A DNA stretch of 64,000 bases, from contig NC_086109.1 of assembly GCF_963921235.1 (NCBI RefSeq), positions 19,284,001 through 19,348,000 on the forward strand. The letters run 5' to 3'. Numbering within the stretch: position 1 is the stretch's first letter; every line of letters starts with the position of its first letter. A program made the position numbers and the translations under genes. The notes under the pieces were generated by a model, which ran no database searches, was not told the origin of the DNA, and saw only the letters and a program-made list of their open reading frames with translations. Source of the stretch: Mobula hypostoma (taxonomy: Eukaryota). Positions 11,920-25,159 of the stretch are shown here, piece after piece.

Positions 11920-14900
11920 CCGGCGATACCTCCCCCAATGTCCACAGTCTGGATCGGCCTCTGTTTGGGAGGTCTGCCCCTGCGCCGCGGTGCCTGAGCC
12001 TGGACCGGTTGCGCCAAGTCCACATGGGCCGGTCTGAGTCGGTCCACCGTGAAAACCTCCTCTCTCCCCCCAATGTCCAGCACGAACGTGGACCCGTTGT
12101 TCCTGATCACCTTAAACGGCCCCTCGTAGGGCCGCTGTAGCGGTGCCCGGTGTCCGCCCCGTCGTACAAAAAGAAACTTACAGTTCTGCAGGTCTTTGGG
12201 TACGCAGGTCGGGCTCTGTCCGTGCTGTGAAGTGGGTATGGGGGCCAGGTTACCGAGTCTCTCACGTAGTCTGTCCAGGACTGCTGTGGGTTCTTCCTCT
12301 TGCCCCCTTGGGGCTGGTATGAACTCTCCTGGGACGACCAGGGGCGCGCCGTACACCAACTCGGCCGACGAGGTTTGTAGATCCGAGCAGGACCCAGGGA
12401 AGTTCGTCCACCCAGTTAGGCCCCTCCAGGCGGGCCATGAGAGCCGATTTCAGGTGACGGTGGAAGCGCTCCACTAGTCCGTTCGACTGTGGTTAGTAGG
12501 CAGTTGTGTGGTGTAGCTGCGATCCTAAAAGGTTGGCCATAGCCGACCACAGGCTGGAGGTGAACTGGGCGCCCCTGTCGGAGGTAATGTGGGCCGGTAC
12601 CCTGAAGCGGGCTACCCAGGTTGCGATCAGTGCTCGGACGCAGGATTCACAGGTGGTGTCGCTGAGCGGGACTGCCTCTGGCCATCTGGTGAACCGGTCT
12701 ATCATAGTTGGGAGGTACCGCGCTCCTCGTGACACTGGTAGGGGCCCCACGATATCCACATGGATGTGGTCGAACCTCCGGTGGGTGGGTTCGAACCGCT
12801 GCGGCGGAGCCTTGGTGTGCCGCTGCACCTTGGCCGTTTGGCACTGCATGCACGTTTTGGCCCATTCACTGACCTGCTTACGAAGTCCATGCCACACGAA
12901 CCTGTTGGAGACCAGCCGGACGGTTGTCCTGATGGAGGGGTGCGCTAAGTTGTGAATGTACTCGAAAACCCGCCGGCTGCCGGGACGACGGGGCGGGGTT
13001 GGCCGGTAGCTATGTCACATAGTAGGGTCCTCTCACTTGGGCCTACGGGGAGGTCTTGAAGCTGTAAACCGGAGACTGCAGTCCTGTAACTGGGGATCTC
13101 AGCGTCTGCCTGCTGTGCCTCCGACAGGGCCTGTATGGTAGGTCTGGAAAGTGCGTCCACCACGACATTGTTCTTTCCAGAGACATGCCGGATGTCCGTC
13201 GTGTACTCGGAGATGTAGGACAGATGTCGCTGCTGGCGGGACGACCAGGGGTCGGACACCTTAGTGAACGCAAAGGTAAGCGGTTTGTGGTCTGTGAACG
13301 CGGTGAAGGGCCTACCTTCTAAGAAGTACCTGAAATGCCGGATTGCCAGGTATAGTGCCAATAGCTCCCGGTCGAAAGCACTGTATTTGAGTTCGGGTGG
13401 TCGTAGGTGTTTGCTGAAGAACACCAGGGGCTGCCAGCGACCCTCGATGAGTTGTTCCAGCACTCCACCGACCGCTGTGTTGGATGCGTCCACCGTGAGG
13501 GCAGTAGGAACGTCCGTTCTGGGGTGCACTAGCATCGCGGCGTTTGCCAAGGCTTCTTTGGTTTTAACGAAAGCGGTTGCGACCTCTTCGTCCCAGGTAA
13601 TGTCCTTGCCTTTACCCGATATCAGGGTGAACAGGGGGCGCATGGTTCGGGCTGCTGAGGGGAGGAAACGGTGGTAAAAGTTCACCATACCCACGAACTC
13701 CTGCAAGCCTTTGATTGTGTTGGGTCGGGGGAAGTGGCGGACCGCGTCTACCTTGGCGGGCAGCGGGGTTGCCCCGTCTTTAGTAATCCTGTGGCCCAGG
13801 AAGTCGATGGTGTCGAGTCCGAACTGGCATTTGGTTGGGTTGATTGTAAGGCTGAATTCACTCAGGCGGGAGTGGAGCTGGCGGAGGTGGGACAGATGCT
13901 CCTGCCGACTACTGCTGGCTATGATGATGTCGTCCAAATAGATGAATGCAAAGTCCAGGTCGCGTCCCACCGCGTCCATTAGCCGCTGGAAAGTCTGTGC
14001 GGCATTCTTTAGACCAAACGGCATTCGGAGGAATTCGAAAAGTCCGAACGGGGTGATGAGTGCTGTTTTGGGGATGTCGTCCGGATGTACAGGGATTTGA
14101 TGGTATCCCGGACGAGGTCTACCTTGGAAAAGATCCCTGCGCCGTGTAGGTTTGCTGCGAAGTCTTGAATGTGCGGCACAGGGTAGCGGTCTGGCGTTGT
14201 AGCCTCGTCCAGTCTGCGGTAGTCACCGCATGGTCTCCAGGCCCCCCGTTGCCTTGGGCACCATGTGAAGGGGGGAGGCCCATGGGCTGTCGGACCGTCG
14301 TATGATCCCTAATTCCTCCATCTTCTTGAACTCCTCCTTCGCCAGTCGGAGCTTGTCCGGGGGAAGCCTTCGAGCACGGGCGTGGAGGGGTGGTCCCTGG
14401 GTCGGGATGTGGTGCTGTATTCCGTGTCTGGGCATGGCTGCCGTGAACTGCGGTGTCAGTACTGATGGGAAATCCGCCAGGACCCTGGTGAATTCACCGT
14501 CGGACAGCGTGATGGAGTCCAGGTGTGGGGCTGGCAACTGTGCTTCACCCAGGGAGAACGTTTGAAAAGTCTTGGCGTGGACTAATCGCTTCCCTTGCAA
14601 GTCGACCAGTAGACTGTGGGCTCGTAGAAAATCTGCCCCCCAGCAGTGGTTGGGCCACGGCGGCCAGTGTGAAGTCCCACGTGAACCGGCTGGAGCTGAA
14701 CTGTAGCCACACTGTGCGGGTGCCGTAGGTTCGTATTGTGCTGCCATTTGCGGCCCTCAGGGTGGGTCCTGGTTCTCTGTTGCGGGTGTCGTAACTCGTT
14801 GGAGGTAAGACGCTGATCTCCGCTCCGGTGTCGACCAAAAAGCGGCGTCCCGACTGCTTGTCCCAGACGTACAGGAGGCTGTCCTGATGGCCAGCCGCCG

Positions 14901-15582
14901 TAGCCATCAGCGGCGGCTGGGCCCTGGCGTTTCCCGGGAATTTGCAGGGCGGTCTGCAGCGGCGGGCCTCTGTGCCCCACCGCTGGTGGTAGAAGCACCA
15001 TTGTTCGTTGGGCTCTGCTGCCGGGCCCGGTCTGGTCTGTCGTTGGGCACGCGGCTTGGTGATCTGTGTGACAGGCGCCCCTCTCTCTTTCCTGGCATTC
15101 CACAGCACATCTGCTCAGGCCGCCACCTCCTGGGGGTTGCTGAAATCTGCGTCGGACAGCAGCAGGCATATGTCCTCGGGCAGTTGCTCTGGGAACGCCT
15201 GCTCAAACATGAGGCAGGGTTTGTGCCCTTCAGCCAGGGCCAGCATCTCGTTCATTAATGCTGACGGCGGCCTGTCTCCCGAACCATCCAGGTGCATTAA
15301 GCGGCGTGCTGGTTCGCGCCGTGAGAGTCCGAAAGTCCTTATGAGCAGGGCTTTGAATGCTGTGTATTTGCCGTCCTCCGGGGGCGACTGTATAAACTCC
15401 TCAACTTGTGCAGCAGTCTCCTGGTCGAGGGAGCTCAGCACGTAGTAGTAGCGAGTGGACTCCGAGGTTATCTGCCGAATGTGGAATTGTGCTTCTGCTT
15501 GTTCGAACCATAATTGGAGTCGCAGCGTGCACAAGTTTGGCAGTTTTAACGAAACTGCGTGAACAGATGCAGCGTCGGTCAT
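11920..15582 (-). pseudogene. Gypsy gag-pol, broken by several frameshifts and stops
   Basis: Gag (VSLKLP..WFEQAEAQF; CFYHQRWGTEARRCRPPC), protease FLVDTGAEIS, RT (SPWASP; MPFGLKNA; YLDD), RNase H (VDAS; DRELLA; TDHKPL), integrase (CMQC; HVDIVGP; TSDRGAQF; ERFHR; PYEGPF). Confidence 0.93.
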
Positions 15583-15606
15583 CTCTGGTCCAAATATCGT
15601 TTGGGC

Positions 15607-15620
15607 CGTCGGGGTCACCA
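15607..15620 (-). other. Primer binding site complementary to the 3' end of tRNA-Trp
   Basis: Minus strand TGGTGACCCCGACG, 2 nt after the 5' LTR; vertebrate tRNA-Trp ends ...CGUCGGGGUCACCA. Confidence 0.88.
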
Positions 15621-15622
15621 AT

Positions 15623-15908
15623 TGTAGCGGTGTGCTACACACAGCGCTAGAATAACCACACGGAGTCGGTGAGTTAGAGTTGCGATGAAAGAGATTTATT
15701 CAAACTTCGCGGCCCGCTTTAAAGCCTTCCCGTTCCCGCCCTCCCTGGGGCGGGACTGCTGTGGGGAATGCATATTCCCAGACCCTTTCTGCGCGCGGGA
15801 TTTCCCCCCTGCTGGTGAAGATGGCCCGGCGCCCTTTTTGCTGCCGGCCCCCTGCCTGTGCGCGCTGTTGTGAGCCGGTTCGTGTGTGCCAGAAGGTGGG
15901 TCGCCACA
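15623..15908 (-). repeat. Gypsy 5' LTR (286 bp)
   Basis: Direct repeat of 11627-11900; by hand 8 substitutions plus 1-bp and 11-bp indels. Confidence 0.96.
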
Positions 15909-16294
15909 ATATTTACCTTTGCTACATGTTGGATTAGGGTCTAAAATGTACTTTCCTTGTCGTTTAACTTTCTTTATACTTACTTATATGTTTCTATAAT
16001 CACCTGTTTGCCTTTAAGTTTTCAGTAATCTATATTATGGTGGCTCTGTACTTCTGCACTTTCTTTATCTGTGAGCCTGAGATGTCAGGGCAACATAAAT
16101 GAACTCTGGCCTTGTGGTTTCACAGAACATTCTTGTCAGAGAAATCACTCGCAGGTTTGCAGTATAATGAAGAACCACAAGGTCTCCAGTCTTTAGTCCT
16201 TTGCTCTTTTCTCTTTCCATGTCTTGCAAGAACAGGCTGACTGTACCTGACCTGTACAATTATGAATATCTAATAATAACCTAAGTGAATAAAC

Positions 16295-16475
16295 AGATGA
16301 TGCTTTGGGTTGAAACCCTTCATCAATCCTGATGAAGAACCTCAGCACAAAATGACCCTTCATCAATCCTGATGAAACGTTTTAGCCTAGATGCTGCCTG
16401 ACCTGCTGAATTCCTCCAGTATTTTGTGTGTGTGTTGCTCCAGATTTCCAGCATCTGAAAAATCTCTTGCGTTTA
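16295..16475. repeat. Rearranged Penelope terminal-repeat remnant
   Basis: acccttcatcaatcctgatgaa occurs twice, then agatgctgcctgacctgctgaattcctccag...ttccagcatctg as at 2903-2970. Confidence 0.65.
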
Positions 16476-19192
16476 TGTAACCATAAGATATGTGTCTCAT
16501 TCTTGACTTTGAAAGAAACCTCTGGACTATATCATCTTATGATCCAATATACCGAATGAAGGATAGACTTATGTTTGAAAAATATTTCTTGGGATATTAA
16601 GGGAGATTACACAGTCTGGGATATTAGTCTCTAGAGTTCAGAAGAATGAGAATATGATTTCATGGAAACATACAAAGTTTTTACAGTGTTTTGGCATGGA
16701 AGATGCAAAAATGATGTTTGCCCTAGCTGGGCAATTTCAAAAGATCACAGTCTCAAGATAAACAGGGTCAGCTATTCAGAAATGAGATGAAAAGAACTGT
16801 CTTTACCCAAAGGGTAGTGAATCTGTATAATTCGCTATCCGTGTAGCTGTGGGTAGATCAATAGATTTTTAAATAGTCAGGGAAACAAAAGATATTGGAT
16901 TAGTGCAAGGAGATAGAAAGTGAAAGGTCTTGCAGAGTGCAGAGAGGACACAAGAACACGAAGAATCAGCTTCTACACCTACATCTTAAGTTCTTGAATG
17001 ACTCCAGAAAAAAAATAGTAAACTAATTTGAACACATCTCTGCATATGCCACCATGGAGCATTTTAATCACTTTAAGACTCCAGCTTCATTTTGAGGCTG
17101 AGTTTGAGATTGATACAATTTTGACAAAAAATGCATTGATAATGAAGCCTTTAACATAGCAAAATGTCCAAATTTCTTGACAAGGGTCTTGAAAATAAAG
17201 TTCAGAACAAGCCAAGTGGAGAGATTCGGACAGATGACTGGGAAGTTGCTCCGAGGGGCAAGATGAATGTGCAAGCAAGAAATTTCAGTCTGAGACAACC
17301 AAAGACAAGTTTATTGGTGGGAGAGTGAGAAAAAGTTAAAGAGCTACAAGAAGCCAGTAAATCCGGGATTTAGGAGAAAATTATTTTCCTAGCTAATAGG
17401 AATATGAAAGTGGAATAGGCTGCTACTGAGTGTGGCTAAAGTTTCAGATTCATTTATTTACCACATGTACTTTGAAATACATAGTGAAATGTGGCAATTG
17501 TGTTAACCACCCAATACTACCTAAGGATCTTCTGGGGCAGCCCACAAGTGATTAAGCACATGAAACTTAAAGGAAGAAAAAGGTGGGAAATCAGTGAAGA
17601 AGGCTGGGCAGAGATTTGTGGGAGCCATACGTGCTGGCAAGAGCTATATGGGATACTTGGCTTGCTTCCCCATTACTTATATGTGACATCTGTAAGTTCT
17701 TTGGTATTCTAGCCTACAAAAGCAGAAGTAGCTATAGAGCTATGAACAACTCTCTTTTATTGGAGACAGACAATTCTCAACACATGGCATTACTTCATAT
17801 AGTGACGTATCAAAAGTAATTTCACATGCTACACTCAGTTTTAAAGGGCTTAAATGATGTTCACTAACTGCTTCCCCTTAGAAGGTAAAGATCCCATGCA
17901 AACCATCTAAACTGTACGTATACTATTGTTGCAATGTAATGTGATTTTATATTGTTAACAAATACATCAGAAACAATTATAATTTTAACTATACATCCAT
18001 GCTTTTAGTCCTTTGTGATCACAAAACTCTTTATAGTGAGATGTTCTTAGTATGTTTGAAATATCCTACTCAGGTACCAATAATTCCAGTGTATTGCTTT
18101 TAGAGATAAACTGCACTCATTTGCCCTCACATTCAATTCTGTAGCTATTGCCTTCACCTTATTGTCATTATAACTATCCATTACCATGAATACTTTGCAT
18201 TACATATTCTGAACATCAACTTTTAACACTGAACTTAACACAGGGCTAATAAGTCTTATGGGCTGCCGCAGGATTTGCCATTATACTCAGTAGTACATTA
18301 CAAGATCCCATGAATCAAACACAATTATTTCTATTTCGGTTGCTTGTTAAGACTCTGCAACTTTTCACTTTCCTTTCACACTATCTGACATCCTGCAGAC
18401 ACTGAACATGTCATTTTCCTTGTGGATCCTTTCAAAGTTACCAAGCCAAATCCTGACTTCCCCAGTTTGTATTGTCTCCAAGGCTCTCAGTTCGACCATG
18501 ACTTTTCAGATACCCTTGTCACATCCTGGTTACGATATATTGAGCTGACACTAGTAAATCTATACCAGCTTTGATCTTTGGAGCTTTTGAACTACTTCCA
18601 TATTGCAGTACAATGTTCCCTTAAAGCAAGCATTTCAATCTGCATTAGATCCAGTCCGTTCAGCAACCATGTAAGCAACAGAAGCTTTTGGAGATTCAGA
18701 AGCCACTCAAGTATTCGGGTTCACAAGCTCCACTCAAATAGACATCTGCTCACTTGAGGCTTAAGGTATGTTAAGGTATTCACTTTTCTTTACTTCAGAA
18801 TATCTTTGGTAGCATCCTCAGTCAATTTGGTTGGGGAATAAATGCACGTCCATCTTCATTTCCTCATTGTATTTTTCTACTGTGTATATGATATTCCACT
18901 ATGATTGTCCCTCCTCTTCACTCCATGGTATCTTAATGGGAACTGCAGTCATTCATTACCAGCGATTGCTTTCTTTGGGAACTTGCACCTTCAGGAAATT
19001 TATCATAACCCTATGGAAACTAGTGGACCGAATCACTTTGAATGGGCATTCCATGTTACATAGCTCCTACAACACCAGGTGTAATACCTACCCATCTTTG
19101 TGTATCCCCAGATTTCATCCTTCCCAACTTTTGGACTCAAGTGTCCTGTTGCTTCCCATTAGATCCACCTGCAGCACCCATTTGAATTGAAT

Positions 19193-22100
19193 TATAACCA
19201 TATAACCATATAACAATTATAGCACGGAAACAGGCCATCTTGGCCCTTCTAGTCCATGCTGAACACTTACTCTCACCTAGTCCCAACGACTTGCACTCAG
19301 CCCATAACCCTCCATTCCTTTCCTGTCCATATAGCTATCCAATTTTACTTTAAATGACAGTATTGAACCTGCCTCTACCACTTCTGCTGGAAGCTCTTTC
19401 CACACAGCTACCACTCTCTGAGTAAAGAAGTTCCCCCTCATGTTACCCCTAAACTTTTGCCCCGAACTCTCAACTCATGTCCTCTTGATTGAATCTCCCC
19501 CACACTGAATGGAAAAAGCCTATCCACGTTAACTCTATCTATCCCCCTCATAATTTTAAATACCTCTGTTAAGTCCCCCCTCAACCTTCTACACTCCAAA
19601 GAATAAAGACCCAACTTGTTCAACCGTTCTCTGTAACTTAGGTGCTGAAATCCAGGTAACATTCTGGTAAATCTTCTCTGTACTCTCTCTATTTTGTTGA
19701 CATCTTTCCTATAATTCAGTGACCAGAACTGTACACAATACTCCAAATTTGGCCTTACCAATGCCTTGTACAATTTTAACATTACGTCCCAACTCCTACA
19801 CCCAATGCTCTGATTTATAAAGGCCAGAATACCAAAAGCTTTCTTCACTACCATATCCACATGAGATTCCACCTTCAGGGAACTATGCACCATTATTCCT
19901 AGATCCTTCTGTTCTACTGCATTCTTCAAAGCCCTACCATTTACCATATATGTCCTATTTTGATTAGTCCTACCAAAATGTAGCACCTCACATTTATCAG
20001 CAGTAAACTCCATCTGCCATCTTTCAGCCCACTCTTCTAACTGGCCTAAATCTCTCTGCAAGCTTTGAAAACCTACTTCATGATCCACAACTCCACCTAT
20101 CTTAGTATCATCTGCATACTTACTAATTGAATTTACCACCCCATCATCCAGATCATTAATATATACAACAAACAACATTGGACCCAGTACAGATCCCTGA
20201 GGCACACCACTAGTCACCGACCTCCAATCTGACAAACAGTTATCCACCACTGCTCGCTGGCATCTCTCATCCAGCCACTGCTGAATCCATTTTACTACCT
20301 CAATATTAATACCTAATGATTGAACCTTCCTAACTAACCTTATGTGTGGAACCTTGTCAAAGGCCTTACTGAAGTCCATATAGACAACATCTACCGCTTT
20401 ACCCTCATCAACTTTCCTAGTAACTTCTTCAAAAAATTCAGTAAGATTTGTCAAACATGACCTTCCACACACAAATCCATGTTGACTGTTCCTAATCTAT
20501 CCAGATAGACCCTGTCTATCCAGATGATTAAATATACCACCTCTAAGAATACTTTCCATCAATTTATCCACCACTGATGTCAAACTCACAGGCCAAATAA
20601 TTGCTAGGTTTACTCTTAGAACCCTTTTTAAACAATGGAAAAGCATGAGCAATATGCCAAACATCCGACACTATCCCCGTTTCTAATGACATTTAAAATA
20701 TTTCTGTCAGAGCCCCTGCTATTTCTACATTAATTTCCCTCAAGGTCCGAGGGAATATCCTGTCAGGATCCAGAGACTTATCCACTTTTATATTCCTTAA
20801 AAGCGCCAGTACTTCCTCTTCTTTAATCACCATAGTTTCCATAACTTCCCTACATGTTTCCCTTCCCTTAAACAATTCAATATCCTTCTCCTTAGTGAAT
20901 ACCGAAGAAAAGAAATTGTTCAAAATCTCCCCCATCTCTTTTGGTTAGACACATAGCTGTCCCTCTGATTCTCTAAGGGACTAATTTTATCCCTCACTAT
21001 CCTTTTGCTATTAATATAACTGTAGAAACCCTTTGGATTTATTTTCACCTTGCTTGCCAAAGCAACCTCGTATCTTCTTTTAGCTTTTCTAATTTCTTTC
21101 TTAAGATTCTTTTTGCATTGTTTATATTCTTCGAGCACCTCATTTACTCCATGCTGCCTATATTTATTGTAGATATCTCTCTTTTTCTGAACTAAGTTTC
21201 TAATATCCCTTGAAAACCATGGCTCTCTCAAACTTTTAACCTTTCCTTTCAACCTAACAGGAACCTAAAGACTCTGTACCCTCAAAATTTCACCTTTAAA
21301 TGACCTCCATTTCTCTATTACATCCTTCCCATAAAATAATTTGTCCCAATCCACTCCTTCTAAATCCTTTAACATCTCCTCAAAGTTAGCCTTTCCCCAA
21401 TCAAAAATCTCAACGCTGGGTCCAGACCTATCCTTCTCCATAATTATATTGAAACTAACGGCATTGTGATCACTGAACCTGAAGCGCTCCCCAACACATG
21501 CCTCCGTCACCTGACCTATCTCATTCCCTAACAGGAGATCCAACACTGCCCCTTCTCTAGTTGGTACTTCTATGTATTGCTGCAAAAAACTATCCTGCAC
21601 TCATTTTACAAATTCCAAACCATCCAGCCCTTTTACAGTATGAGCTTCCCAGTCTATGTGTGGAAAACTAAAATTTCCCACAATCACAACCTTGTGCTTA
21701 CTACAAATATCTGCTATCTCCTTACAAATTTGCTCCTCCACTTCTCGCTCCCCATTAGGTGGTCTATAATACACCCCTATAAATGTTACTACACTTTTCT
21801 CATTCCTCAATTCCACCCAGATAGCCTCCCTAGACAAGCCCTCCAATCTATCCTGCCTGAGCATCGCTGTAATATTTTCTCTGACAAGCAATGCAACACC
21901 TCTGCCTCTTGTCCCTCCGATTCTATCACACCTACAGCAACGAAATCCAGGAATATTTAGTTACCAATCACACCCCTCCTGCAACCATGTTTCACTAATA
22001 GATACAGCATCGTACTTCCAGGTATCAATCATGCTCTAAGCTCATCCACCTTTCTTATAATGCCCCTCGCATTAAAATAAATGCATTTAAGAAATTTTCC

Positions 22101-23100
22101 ACCTCTTTTTGTTTATCTTACTCTCTGTTTCAACTTTACTAGTTTTCTTCCTTCTCCCCTACATCTGTTCCTAATCTCTGGTTCCCCTCCCCCCTTGTAT
22201 CTAGTTTAAATCCACTGGAGCCTCTCTAGCAAACCTACCTACAAGAATATTTGTCCCTCTCCAGTTCAAATGTAAACCGTCCCGCCGGAACAGGTCCCAC
22301 CTTCCCTGGAAAACTGCCCAATTATCCGTAAATCTGAAGTCCTCCCTCCTGGGAAGCCACGTGCTGATCTGCGCTATCTTATTATTTCTAAACCCGCCTG
22401 CACGTGGCACTGGTAGCAATCCTGAGATTGCTATCCTGGAGGTCCTGTCCTTTAACTTGGCGCCTAACTCCCTAAACTCACTTTTCAGGACTTCCTCACT
22501 CTTCCTATCCACGTCATTGGTCCCTACATGGACCATGACATCTGGCTGCTCACCCTCACTCTTGAGAATACTGAGAACTCGATCCAAGGTATCGTGGACC
22601 TTGGCACCAGGGAGGCAACAGACCATCCAGGATTCTCAATCTCTTCTACAAAACCTCTTATCTGTCCCCCTAACTATCAAATCCTCTAGCACTACTGCTC
22701 TCCTCTTTTCCCTCCTTCCCTTCTGAGCTGAGGGTCCCATCTCATTGCCAGAGACGCAACCACTGCAACTTGTCCCTGGTAGGTCGTCCCCATCAACAGT
22801 ATCCAAAACGATGTACGTATTATTGGTGGGAAGGGCCACAGGGGTTCTCTGCTCGTTCTGTCTATTCCCCTTCCCTCTCCTGACAGTCACCCAGCTACCT
22901 GTCTCCTTACTCTTAGGGGTGACTATCTTCCTGTAACTCCTGTTTATTTCTGCCTCTGCCTCCTGAATGATCTGAAGTTCATCCAGCTCCAGCTCCAGTT
23001 CCCTAACTTGGTTTGTCAGGAGCTGCAGATGGATGCACCTTTTACAGGTGTAGTCATCAGGGACAATTGTGCCCACCCTGACTTCCCACATACTGCAAAC
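19193..23100 (-). mobile_element. Near full-length CR1 LINE (ORF1 and ORF2), decayed
   Basis: (TTATATGG)n 3' tail at 19193-19215; RT fragments (DFSKAFDKV, GVPQGSVLGP, YADD); APE fragments (YYRPP, SDH); ORF1 upstream. Confidence 0.93.
22201..23091 (-). pseudogene. CR1 ORF1: Cys motif, coiled coil and SGNH esterase-like domain
   Basis: DYTCKRC, VRELELELDEL, CCLPGA, VHVGTND, DGLHLN; stop near 22636. Confidence 0.85.
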
Positions 23101-23499
23101 GGACCTGGTTGGAAATTAAACCACTGCTACCATTTCCATGGGCTTGTTCTCTCCTTGTACCTCAGAATTGTGCCCTCGCAAAACTGCTTCACACTTTTAA
23201 ACTTCAACTCCATACTGGTAGCTACTGTGTAGATTACTCATCTTTATTAAGTCCAGAGTATCGAGTGGTTTGGCTGAATTTTTTCATTTTCTGACTGGTA
23301 TGCTAAGCTGCCCCAAGGGATGAGTGGTGATGATGCTATGGGTATCACTATAGTACGACAAGCTCAGGCGGAATTTAACAACCCCCCATCTGAATTGTGA
23401 ATTTTTGGCTGAATGTAGAACCTCACAGAAAAAGCAAATAACCTCCCAGAAGGTAACCAGCAGTTTGATTAAAAGCATGTAAAAACTACATAAGTAAGC

Positions 23500-23905
23500 A
23501 AGTTGCTCTGTTATATCTCCCCTCTCGCTGTGAAGCAGGGACACTTCTTTTTTTCCTTATGAGAGACAGAGAGCCTGTGGTACATTGAATACTGGGTGAA
23601 CAAATAGTTTTTGGGGTACTGCAAGTCTGTGTCTTTATTGATGCCTTGCTGCACGTTTGAGTGGTCGGTGAAGGGCGCCGATGCTATTTTTCTGGTGAGG
23701 GAGGGGGATGTCGTTGCTTTGCTGCTGTTTGTGTGTGATAGGAGGGAGCTGGGGGGGGTGCTTTGGGGTTCTTACATTTAACTGTCATTCATTCTTTGGG
23801 GCACTCCTCTGTTTTTGTGGATATTAGCAAAGAGAAAGAATTTCAGGATGTATATATTGTATATATTCCTCTGATATTAAATGTACCTATTGAAACCTAC
23901 TGAAA
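23500..23905 (+). repeat. ~400-bp dispersed non-coding repeat, copy 2
   Basis: Aligns end to end with 6185-6585. Confidence 0.75.
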
Positions 23906-24034
23906 TACGTGCGAAGAAGATCAGAAAATGGTCTTGGAATTGCATTATTTTGCAGTGTCCTTAGCTAGACCATGTATTCTCTAATCACTGCCTCTGATCT
24001 CTGGATATATGCACGAAACTTGTAAATCTCCATT

Positions 24035-24345
24035 AGGTTGTCACATGTACATCGAAAGATTGAAACATACAATACAGTGGGTTGTTTTGTGTCAATGACG
24101 AACACAGTCCAAGGATACGCTGGGTGAGCCCCGCCAGTGCTCCTGGTGTCAGTGGAACATCCCCACAACTTACTAACTCTAACCTGCACATATTTATGGA
24201 ATGTAGGAGGAAACCAGAGCACCCAAAGGAAACCCACACAGTCAGGGGTAGAACTTGGAAACTCCATACAGACAGCAGTGGAATTGAATTCGTGTCACTC
24301 GCACTGTAAAGCGTTACACTAACCGCTACACTATCATGCCACCTG
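24035..24345 (-). mobile_element. V-SINE/HE1-type SINE
   Basis: ggaatgtaggaggaaaccagagcaccc...gaaacccac core; ctaaccgctacactatcatgcc head; gtcacatgtacatcgaaa tail. Confidence 0.75.
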
Positions 24346-25159
24346 TAGATTTTCCCTCACATGAAATGTTATCTGTAGTTCATTGCACCAGTAGAGACAC
24401 CAGCATCTCAGTCACCTCCACCATCAACAATATTGCCAGCTCCTTGTACAAACTCCTTGCAGAGAGCAGAATGCTTGTTTATGGCCACATTGGAAGCTGG
24501 TCCTGCCATCAGAAGCATTTCCACTTGCTCTTTATACAGGACCACTTGTATTCAAAGTTCAAAGTATATTTATTTTCAAAGTATGTATACTACATACAGC
24601 CTTCAGATTCATCTCCTAACAGGCAGCCACAAAACAAAGAAACCCAATAGAACCCATTAAAAAGAGAAGACTGTCAAACGCTCAATGAAGGAAAAAGAAG
24701 TACAAATTGTGCAAACAATAGAAAGTAAGCAAATAACATCCAGAACTAAAGATCACGAACCTGGTGATCCAGAACCTGTTAGTTGCAGGTGACAGCTTCA
24801 ATTCAGCGCAGAGATGAGTAAACTTCGTGGAGCAGCGAGCAGGACTCCAGTCCCGACACTGTCACCTTTCCAATCTGGGCCAGCGCGTAAGTTAGCCAAA
24901 CCTCGACTCATTCCTCAATCTCTGTGAAAAATCCATTATATCCATCTCCTGTCATTATCTCTGCTCTATCTAGTGTTATTTTTCAATTCAAATTCTTTAC
25001 ATTTCAGTGTACTGCTTGTAGGCTGTTTAGTGTTGTTAAACCATTGACAGGGGTAGAATTGCCGACAAAACAGTATTTATTGAAGGAGCAACGAACAGCA
25101 GTGTGTGGTACAACAATGTGCCAAAGGTCATGCCACATGTTAGTCCAACTTCTGAAAAG

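Larger units (their letters stand above)
11627..15908 (-). mobile_element. Full-length Ty3/Gypsy LTR retrotransposon, CsRn1-type
   Basis: Two LTRs with TGT...ACA ends, TSD ATAT (11623-11626 and 15909-15912), domain order gag-PR-RT-RNaseH-IN, tRNA-Trp PBS, poly-G PPT, GC- and CpG-rich relative to flanks. Confidence 0.97.

Noticed and set aside
11700..15909. Many overlapping plus-strand and alternative-frame ORFs in the Gypsy element
   Set aside because: Shadow ORFs of GC-rich gag-pol and LTR sequence, with no independent motifs
18100..19190. Unassigned mixed-composition stretch with a 119-aa ORF
   Set aside because: No recognisable motif in the frames I read; may be an ancient TE
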